DNA of 32,000 nucleotides from Candidatus Saccharimonadota bacterium (GTDB lineage Bacteria; Pseudomonadota; Alphaproteobacteria; CAJXXZ01; 1604HC): NCBI RefSeq assembly GCF_008189525.1, contig NZ_CP043314.1, positions 583,989 to 615,988 of the forward strand, read 5' to 3'. Shown piece by piece: positions 24,750 to 32,000 of this stretch (position 1 is its first letter; each line of letters starts with the position of its first letter). The notes under the pieces were generated by a model. It saw only the letters and a program-made list of their open reading frames with translations, ran no database searches and was not told where the DNA came from. The position numbers and the translations under genes were made by a program.

Positions 24750-25478
24750 TTATGCTCGACTTGCTTTCCTATTACTTTTCTTTCTATTTGCTCTAAGCTC
24801 TTTTTTCTGAGCATCTGTCAACTTTTCTACAGAATAATTAAAAGTTGTATTATGTACATCATTAGAGCTTAAAAACTCAATAAGAGCTTCTTCATTAATC
24901 TTACCTACTTCTCTTAACATCCATCCTAGCGCCCTATGTATTAGATCATGATCATCATCTACAAGGGTAGATCCGATTTTTAAAGTAGTTTCTATATGGC
25001 CATTTTTTATAAAATTAAGAGTTGAAATAATAGATATTCTTCTTTCCCACATATTCTCAGATTTAGAAAGGTCAAATAATATTTTCTTATCTTTATTTAG
25101 TAAATAATCTCCCAAAATCTTATAACAAGACAAATCTACGAGATTCCAATTATTAACTTGCTTTATGTTTTCTAAATAGAAATCAACTACTTTTTCAGGA
25201 TCTGTTTTATATAAGGAAACCAGAAATAGTAAAGCAATAAGCCTCTTTTCGTTAAATTCTGACATTATAAAATGCTTAACTTCATTAAAAGATACTTCTT
25301 TATGATGCTCTTTTACTATTTTTCTTAGAATAGGGACTTGAACACCTAGAAATTCATCATATTTTGCATATGGCCTGGCCTCGACTTTAAAAAAATTAAT
25401 TATAGTCATATTTTTCTCTGCTTTATTTATTTTCTCATCAATAATATCTACAATGTTCAATTTATTACCACTTCCCAA
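24750..25478 (-). CDS. DNA alkylation repair protein (AlkD-like HEAT-repeat glycosylase family)
   Basis: VNNWNLVDLSCYKILG, MWERRISIISTL and HDLIHRALGWMLREVGK resemble the DNA_alkylation (AlkC/AlkD) family. The ORF has a TTG start, so the true start is uncertain. Confidence 0.72.
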   Translation of the reverse strand: MGSGNKLNIVDIIDEKINKAEKNMTIINFFKVEARPYAKYDEFLGVQVPILRKIVKEHHKEVSFNEVKHFIMSEFNEKRLIALLFLVSLYKTDPEKVVDFYLENIKQVNNWNLVDLSCYKILGDYLLNKDKKILFDLSKSENMWERRISIISTLNFIKNGHIETTLKIGSTLVDDDHDLIHRALGWMLREVGKINEEALIEFLSSNDVHNTTFNYSVEKLTDAQKKELRANRKKSNRKASRA

Positions 25479-25624
25479 TTAAATACTTAATTACCACTTA
25501 TTTAATAAACTTACGACGAAATGTCAATTAGTATCAGAAAACACAATTAAAATAGAATTAATAAAATAAATTAATCAAAAAAGTTATTGATTTTTTATAA
25601 TAAAATGGTAAGGTTGTGTTATAT

Positions 25625-25696
25625 TCCTCGGTAGCTCAGAGGCAGAGCAAGTGGCTGTTAACCACTGGGTCGCTGGTTCGACTCCAGCCCGGGGAG
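25625..25696 (+). tRNA. tRNA-Asn (anticodon GUU); CCA not encoded
   Basis: TCCTCGGTAGCTCAGAGGCAGAGCAAGTGGCTGTTAACCACTGGGTCGCTGGTTCGACTCCAGCCCGGGGAG. Acceptor stem TCCTCGG/CCGGGGA, anticodon stem AGTGG/CCACT, loop CT-GTT-AA and T-loop GGTTCGACTCC. Confidence 0.92.
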
Positions 25697-25758
25697 TTTA
25701 AACTTCAAAGAAAATTCTAACAATAACAAATTTAAATTTAACTATACTACATGAAATA

Positions 25759-27975
25759 CTATTTTTTATTATTTTCAATCATGCTCATTATTCTTTCTAA
25801 GATTATGTTTTTTTCTAATCCCATTTTTGCCCTCACATCATGTTCTTTTCCTGAATAACCAAACTCTAAGCAACCTATGAGCAAAGAGTCTACAGAAGCA
25901 TGCCTCAAATACTCGTACCAAGATTTAGAACTAGATGCTTCTATGGATACTATATATGGCGCAGTAATTTCTTTCTCAAACTCATCAGAGATCTTTTCCA
26001 TACAAACTATTGAAAACACTTTTGATTTTATGCCCTGCTCTAATAGCATCTCAGCCACATCTACAGACAGAGAAACTTCAGATCCAGAACTTAAAATAAC
26101 TACTAGATTTTCATTTGAATTAACTTCATGTACATTTCTATAAAGATCAGATTTATGTACAGAATCTTTCTCTGAACTTAAGGAACCTTTATCTAATCCT
26201 GAAAAGTCTTTTATTAAATATCCACCAGAAATTTTATTGTAATTTTGATTGCAAGTTATTTCTATGTTTTCTTGATTTATGAATTTAAGTTTCTGCCTAG
26301 ATAAACATATTATAGATGGATTTTTACTTCCCAAAGCGTTTTCCCAAGAGTATAAAACTTCCAAACCATTGCAAGGCCTGTAAACATCTACATTAGGCAT
26401 AGCTCTAAATGACTCGATTTGCTCTATAGGTTGATGTGTAGGCCCATCTTCTCCTACTGATATAGAATCATGTGTAGCAATTATTATAAGAGGAGTTCTC
26501 ATAAGGGCCGCTAGTCTTATTGCAGGTCTAGCGTAATCTGTAAAAACTAGAAATGTAGCGCAAGCAGCTTTGAATCCATATAAACAGATTCCCCCTGTAA
26601 TGCATACCATTCCGTGTTCTCTTACTCCGAAAGGGATATAGTTTTTCATGCCCATTGTACAAGTAGATTCTCCTAAATCTGCTGATCCTATCCAAAATTT
26701 CTCTTTATCAAATAAACCATCTAACACCATGCCAGAAATCTTACGGGTAGAATTATCTTTCATTAACGAATCCATAAACTCCGGTGTTTTATTGATTAAT
26801 TTCTGTGATTGACTAGGACATGGAGATGTTTCTTTATCTAATTCTAAAACACTGTCTAATCCGGAACCTGTTTTTAAGATATTTTTATCTAATCCATCTA
26901 AAACTCTGTTTAGCTGCTCGAAATTATGATCCATTCTATTTTTAACTAAATTCCAAAAATCACAAATTTCATCATCTAGTTCGAACTTATCTTTCTCTGA
27001 GTAATTAAAACCCAGATCTTCCTTTAATTTATCTAAACCATTCCTATCTATTATTTTCCCATGAACAGAGCATAACCCTTCATATTCAGATCCCTTACCT
27101 ATTTTAGTTTTACACCCTATTATAGAAGGCCCTTCTGAATTTACAGCTTGCTCTATTTTATGTTCTATATCTTCGAAATCATGACCATCACAAGAAAATA
27201 CATTCCAACCATAGGCTTTGAACACATCTAGTGTTGCAGACTGTTTTGAAAGATCTGTTTGTCCATCTATTGTTATTGAATTATCGTCCCATAGAACTGT
27301 TAAATTACTCAATTTCCAATTTGCAGCAAGCTCAGAAACTTCATGAGAAACACCTTCCATCAAATCCCCATCACTTACTACAACAAAAACCCTATTTGAA
27401 TTATCCAATAAAGAGTTAATCTTATTATTCAAACTTTCATCAATTTGCTCTTCATTTTGATCTTCATCTGGTTTTTCATTATTTTGTTTTTCTACACTGT
27501 GCTCTTTTTCTTTAGATAATCTCAAGCATTCTTTTTTTATTAGTTTTGTATGTTCTTGTGCAGCTTTCGCTATACCTACGGACCATCCTAAGCCTTGCCC
27601 TAACGGCCCTGTAGTCATTTCTATAACATCGCTCAACTCTGGGTGTCCATTTAAATCTGAATCAATTGATCTGAAGCCATTTAAATTCTTTATAATGCCA
27701 AGACAATATAATGTGCTATACAATAATGCAGATCCATGCCCAGCAGAAAGTATAAATCTATCTCTTAATTGATATTTATTTTTGTAATTTATGAACTTAG
27801 ACCAAAGCACAGTAAACACATCAGCCATACCCAAAGCTATCCCTTGATGACCTGATTGCGCTTCTTCTACCATTTCCAAAGATAGTAACCTTAATTTATC
27901 AGAAGCCATTTTTCTATATAAATTAGTTGATATTTTTCTTTCTCTCAGGACTTCTTTTTTCATTTTACCTTCCAT
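25759..27975 (-). CDS. tkt: transketolase (with three low-complexity insertions)
   Basis: SGHQGIALGMADVFTVLW, SAGHGSALLYS, GPLGQGL, VSDGDLMEGVSHE (TPP/Mg site) and VGEDGPTHQPIEQ. Confidence 0.93.
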   Translation of the reverse strand: MEGKMKKEVLRERKISTNLYRKMASDKLRLLSLEMVEEAQSGHQGIALGMADVFTVLWSKFINYKNKYQLRDRFILSAGHGSALLYSTLYCLGIIKNLNGFRSIDSDLNGHPELSDVIEMTTGPLGQGLGWSVGIAKAAQEHTKLIKKECLRLSKEKEHSVEKQNNEKPDEDQNEEQIDESLNNKINSLLDNSNRVFVVVSDGDLMEGVSHEVSELAANWKLSNLTVLWDDNSITIDGQTDLSKQSATLDVFKAYGWNVFSCDGHDFEDIEHKIEQAVNSEGPSIIGCKTKIGKGSEYEGLCSVHGKIIDRNGLDKLKEDLGFNYSEKDKFELDDEICDFWNLVKNRMDHNFEQLNRVLDGLDKNILKTGSGLDSVLELDKETSPCPSQSQKLINKTPEFMDSLMKDNSTRKISGMVLDGLFDKEKFWIGSADLGESTCTMGMKNYIPFGVREHGMVCITGGICLYGFKAACATFLVFTDYARPAIRLAALMRTPLIIIATHDSISVGEDGPTHQPIEQIESFRAMPNVDVYRPCNGLEVLYSWENALGSKNPSIICLSRQKLKFINQENIEITCNQNYNKISGGYLIKDFSGLDKGSLSSEKDSVHKSDLYRNVHEVNSNENLVVILSSGSEVSLSVDVAEMLLEQGIKSKVFSIVCMEKISDEFEKEITAPYIVSIEASSSKSWYEYLRHASVDSLLIGCLEFGYSGKEHDVRAKMGLEKNIILERIMSMIENNKK

Positions 27976-28018
27976 TTATCAATTATTCTCCGTGATAAAT
28001 GTATTACACATATTATTT

Positions 28019-29587
28019 CTATTTCCTAATAGAATTCCTTACAGAGTCTTGCTTATGTTTTACAATCAACTTTATTGGGAACCCTTCTATTTTTAAATGC
28101 TTAGCAAGTTTTTTCTTTAAAAACTTCAATTCTTCATGTTTGATTCTTTTGTTGGTAAAGAAAGCAAACGCCAAATTCAAATCACTGAATTGTGTAACAT
28201 ATTTTATTCCAGCCAGGTTAAATATGTCATATTTTTTCATTTCTTCCATCCATTTATTTAATTTGTTAGTAGGGAATTTCAATCCGTACATTCTATGAGC
28301 TTCAGAAATTTCTTGTTTTAAATTACCTAATCCAAACCCTGTTTGACCAGAAACAGCAACACAAGGTATTGAATTGAATCTCTTCCTAATAATTTCTTTT
28401 GCTTTAGAAATTATAGATTTATCTTTGATTAAATCTTCCATACCTATAGCTACAACCACTGGCTTCATCTTTGACCAGAATCTTTCTATAAGTACCAAAT
28501 CGGATCTTTTTATACCTTCTCTTATATCCATCAGCACAACAAAAACACTTATATTTTCACCCATAATATTTTCTAATCTATATTGGCTTGCTCTATCTAA
28601 TTCAGATAATTTGTTGTTTTTTCTGTATCCTGGAGTATCCACAAGAAGAACATTCTTATCTTTGATTTCTAAGTTAGATCCATGAACTTCTTGTGTAGTT
28701 CCTATTTCATCTTCTACAACAAACCTATCTTTACCTATTATCTTGTTTAGGATTGTAGATTTTCCTACATTAGATCTACCAACAAACGCCCATTTCTGAT
28801 CATTAATGAAATCTACTCTTTTTTCTTTCTCAGATTCTACTCCAAGTGCTTTTTTATAAATTTCTGCATTAAACCAATTTTTAATTAATCTCTCTAATTT
28901 ATCAGTTTTATTTTTTCTTACAGAAATCTCGAAAAAACTCTCATCTTTTGTAATTTTTAGCTTAGGACTATCTTCGAAGTAGTTTACTACCAAAACATAT
29001 GGTAGATTTGTTTGTTTCATAAATTTCAAGAAATCTTTAGCAACTTTATTGAACTCTTTGATAACCAAGCAGAATCCATCTACTCCATTAGTTTTCTCTA
29101 TAATTCTTTTAACTTCATCCATGCAATCAGTTCCAGGAGAATCTATAAAACCGTAATCGTAATTATGTGATTTATTTATTATTACATCTCTAGTAAGACC
29201 TTCCACATCTGCAACTATTGAAGTCCTAACACCAGTTATTTTATTAAACAGAGAGGATTTACCAACATTCTTCTCACCTAGTATTAATACTTTAGGCATA
29301 CCGACTGCGTAAGGTTTTTTTTCTAATTTCTCTTTAAAATTAAGTACTTTCTTGTTTATTTCTTTACTTCTACCCTTTTCAGAGCTTTTATCAGCTCTTC
29401 TGTGTAATCTATTTCCATTGAGCCTTACTTTGGTGTTCAATCTAGTTTTTATTGGTCTTTTATTTTCACCAACTGGTTTTTCAACTGGTTTTTTATCCTT
29501 AGAAACAGTACCTTTCCTAACTAATTTATCTCTACCAAACTTAGAAACACCCTTAAAGTTCTTGGATCTTTTTGCATTTTTAAACAT
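28019..29587 (-). CDS. der: ribosome-biogenesis GTPase Der (EngA) with a ~96-aa basic N-terminal extension
   Basis: There are two tandem GTPase domains (GEKNVGKSSLFNKITG...DSPG and GRSNVGKSTILNKIIG...DTPG) plus a KH-like C-terminal domain. Confidence 0.88.
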   Translation of the reverse strand: MFKNAKRSKNFKGVSKFGRDKLVRKGTVSKDKKPVEKPVGENKRPIKTRLNTKVRLNGNRLHRRADKSSEKGRSKEINKKVLNFKEKLEKKPYAVGMPKVLILGEKNVGKSSLFNKITGVRTSIVADVEGLTRDVIINKSHNYDYGFIDSPGTDCMDEVKRIIEKTNGVDGFCLVIKEFNKVAKDFLKFMKQTNLPYVLVVNYFEDSPKLKITKDESFFEISVRKNKTDKLERLIKNWFNAEIYKKALGVESEKEKRVDFINDQKWAFVGRSNVGKSTILNKIIGKDRFVVEDEIGTTQEVHGSNLEIKDKNVLLVDTPGYRKNNKLSELDRASQYRLENIMGENISVFVVLMDIREGIKRSDLVLIERFWSKMKPVVVAIGMEDLIKDKSIISKAKEIIRKRFNSIPCVAVSGQTGFGLGNLKQEISEAHRMYGLKFPTNKLNKWMEEMKKYDIFNLAGIKYVTQFSDLNLAFAFFTNKRIKHEELKFLKKKLAKHLKIEGFPIKLIVKHKQDSVRNSIRK

Positions 29588-29765
29588 TTTAATTCTCTCT
29601 CTATCTTTCAGTGCTTTTTTAAATTCTGCTATTTAATCTTACTTTAACACTTAATCTCGCTTAGGTCAGTTTATTATTTTCATACATCAAATTTAATACA
29701 ACCTTTATATAAAACAATCTTTTTTAAATGACCTATTTTATTTGTTTTATTGCTTAGGTTAACTC

Positions 29766-30824
29766 TTATTTAGAAAACTCTAACCATCCGCTTCCTGTTA
29801 CCACTTTATTATTTTTCACACCTATAATATTAATATTTAAATTAACAAAGTCATGAATTCCTTCAGAATTATAATATTTAACATTCCCATTCTTGTTAAC
29901 TGAACACAAACACTCATCTAAAATAAAAAAGTGTTCATTAGTTGTAGAATAGTTAAGTAAGAATTTTCCTTCTAATAAGTTATTCAAATCTGTTTCCATG
30001 ACCTCTTTCTCGCAAATCAAGAATATAGAGTTTCTTAACACAATAATGTTTTTCAACTTATTAATATAAAGCTCTTTGATCAAATTCCCTTTGTAATCCA
30101 TTAAAGAAACCTTTTCATTATTCATAAACAAAAATTTATTAGAAAATGTGAATAAAGCATAACGCTTCGAAAGCTTAGAACTTAAATGAGACCACTCAAC
30201 TTCTCCATTTATGGTAGAAATACCCAATAAATCTCCTTCAGAATTTAAACTAACCAAAGTAGAGCCAGATCTAACCAAAGCTTTTCTCATAAACTCTACA
30301 CTTGTAGATCCAGACTTAAAGTCCCACATTTTTTTCAAATCAATAGAATAAGCTCTCAAAGACGATTTTGCATTTGATAAAACAATCCTATCTGAAGAAC
30401 AAACAACAGATGATAGTGGTGCATTTATATCATCCTTCTTTACAAGCTTTCCATTTCTCTTGTCGAAAAAATAAACATGGGAAGAGAAATCACCTAAAAC
30501 AATATAATTCTTTACATCAAAAACAGAAACATTATCCTTTAATTCAGTTTTAATTTTCCACTTATTCTTAAAACTAAGATAAGAATCTTTGTAAATAAAA
30601 TCACTCTTACAATCACTGTAATCACAGTGTTCGTCCAAAGACTTAAAAACTTTAAACTTATTTCTGAAAGGTTTTCTAGTATTATGATAATCCGAGCTTG
30701 CAATCTTAATAGTAGAAAGTCTAGAGTCAGACCCTACCTCTTTCCATTTATCTTTTTCTTCACAAGAAGATATTAAAACACACACTAAAAAACATGTCAA
30801 AAATCTAAAAACTTTTGTAAACAC
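29766..30824 (-). CDS. lipoprotein, probable BamB-like beta-propeller
   Basis: GTG start and a signal peptide with lipobox (FLVCVLISSC). The protein is beta-strand-rich and repetitive. It lies immediately upstream of der and downstream of a membrane-anchored protein, reproducing the yfgM-bamB-der order known from E. coli. The assignment rests mainly on synteny. Confidence 0.5.
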   Translation of the reverse strand: MFTKVFRFLTCFLVCVLISSCEEKDKWKEVGSDSRLSTIKIASSDYHNTRKPFRNKFKVFKSLDEHCDYSDCKSDFIYKDSYLSFKNKWKIKTELKDNVSVFDVKNYIVLGDFSSHVYFFDKRNGKLVKKDDINAPLSSVVCSSDRIVLSNAKSSLRAYSIDLKKMWDFKSGSTSVEFMRKALVRSGSTLVSLNSEGDLLGISTINGEVEWSHLSSKLSKRYALFTFSNKFLFMNNEKVSLMDYKGNLIKELYINKLKNIIVLRNSIFLICEKEVMETDLNNLLEGKFLLNYSTTNEHFFILDECLCSVNKNGNVKYYNSEGIHDFVNLNINIIGVKNNKVVTGSGWLEFSK

Positions 30825-31032
30825 CCTCCATTGTACTCCATTTAATCATGTGGATCTATATTTAGTTAAACACAAACAATCATATAATTATTTTAATTTA
30901 TGCTCTTTATATCTTTATAACTTTATAAGCACAAGCTAATCATATATAACTTAGATAACTTAACTATTTTAAATTATTATTTTACAAATACTCCCAGAAG
31001 CTTTAAGAATTATAAATCATTTCTAAAACACC

Positions 31033-31557
31033 TTATCTTGATTTGTTCAAGAATTCAGCAAACCTTTTCCAAGGACTACCAACAGATAAAAATCTACCAA
31101 AACTTTCTTCTCTCTTAGATACAAACATAAATTCAAGATAATTTCTCAAAAAAGTCTCAGTTTGTATTAACTTTTCTAACCTTCTTCGTTCTTTTTTGTT
31201 TTCTGTATTCTCCAAGACAACATCAATATAAGAATTAAAATCATTTTTTACGTTTCGTTTTTCAAGCAAAGTTTCCATAAAGTTAAATAAGTAAAATAAT
31301 TGAAAACTTTTCTCCATCCTATTTTTTGATAAAGATTTGTCTGAAATAATTCTTTTTACGTAAGAAGCCCTATCTTCAGATTTTGTTTCTATAAATGTGC
31401 TAAAAACCAAATCAGTATTTTTTTTATTAGAAATATAGCTAACATATATGGAATAAAATAAGGAGATAACCATAAAAACAAAAACTGTTAATAAGTACTT
31501 CCAAGTCTGTGAAATAAACTTTAAAAAATCGTTCAAATATCTGTTAGAAAAAATCAT
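31033..31557 (-). CDS. membrane-anchored hypothetical protein (YfgM-like by position)
   Basis: 174-aa ORF with a single N-terminal TM segment (YLLTVFVFMVISLFYSIYVSYI) and a helical remainder. Only its position upstream of the bamB-like gene and der supports the YfgM analogy. Confidence 0.35.
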   Translation of the reverse strand: MIFSNRYLNDFLKFISQTWKYLLTVFVFMVISLFYSIYVSYISNKKNTDLVFSTFIETKSEDRASYVKRIISDKSLSKNRMEKSFQLFYLFNFMETLLEKRNVKNDFNSYIDVVLENTENKKERRRLEKLIQTETFLRNYLEFMFVSKREESFGRFLSVGSPWKRFAEFLNKSR

Positions 31558-32000
31558 TTGAGGAATTATACAATAAATTTACACAAAAAGAATTAATTTA
31601 TTAACATTACGTAAATATCTCAACTTAAGAAATAACACTTGTTTTTCTGATCCAAAAGAGTTTTTTTATGTTTTTAACAAAATCCACAAGACAATAAACA
31701 AAATAATCTTTACATTTTAATTTATTTTTATATTATATGTGTAATGGTAATTCGTTTTAATACGTTTTTATCTTTATTTTTAAAATTTAATTATTAATTA
31801 GATACTTTTGTATTTTTTAGTTATTTTAGTTCCAATTAAAAAAAGTCTTTCAAAAATTTAAATATTTCTTTTATATATAAATACAATTTTAATTAGTGAT
31901 GAAAGTTTAATAAATTACAAACAGTAAATTAATTTAATTAAACAAACTAAAAGTTTATTTTACATTTAAACTCTCACATCAAAAAGAATAAAAAAACTTT

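Noticed and set aside
25571-25601. A possible promoter for tRNA-Asn (TATAAT at 25596-25601, ~23 nt upstream of the tRNA).
   Set aside because: TATAAT-like hexamers are abundant in this AT-rich DNA, and no well-spaced -35 element is present (TTAATC at a 19-nt spacing at best).

Overview
This is a strongly AT-rich bacterial chromosome segment. The housekeeping backbone looks alphaproteobacterial and endosymbiont-like: alpha-type L36, a PopZ/DUF2497-like protein, HdaA, a bacterial-type ValRS, and many K/N/S/E-rich insertions in core enzymes. Backbone order is nth (partial), PopZ-like, valS, bamE-like, rpmJ (41 aa, absent from the ORF track), rpoZ, then a ~12 kb accessory island. After the island come tRNA-Gln(UUG), xthA, dnaQ, rnd, hdaA, an AI-2E permease, pgsA, ndk, a GH108 muramidase, an AlkD-like protein, tRNA-Asn(GUU), tkt, der, a bamB-like lipoprotein and a yfgM-like protein. 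The island (~5448-17295) is the part worth attention. It holds two convergent modules of the form leucine-rich-repeat (LRR) protein(s) -> vgrG. The left arm has three tandem, same-frame, mosaic LRR paralogs followed by a 5' fragment of vgrG. The right arm (minus strand) has a fourth, highly diverged LRR paralog, a full-length VgrG spike gene and a translationally coupled MORN/YwqK-like gene. Two nested inverted repeats tie the arms together. The outer ~280 bp repeat covers the 5' leader and the first ~75 codons of the outermost LRR genes. The inner ~625 bp repeat covers the vgrG 5' region and differs almost only at synonymous sites. I read this as an orphan VgrG/candidate-effector island with a conserved N-terminal module on polymorphic LRR proteins, and possibly a recombinational switch for which arm carries the intact spike. 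No core T6SS genes (tss, hcp, PAAR), integrase, transposase or CRISPR array are visible in the window. All family assignments come from motif recognition by eye; no database search was possible.
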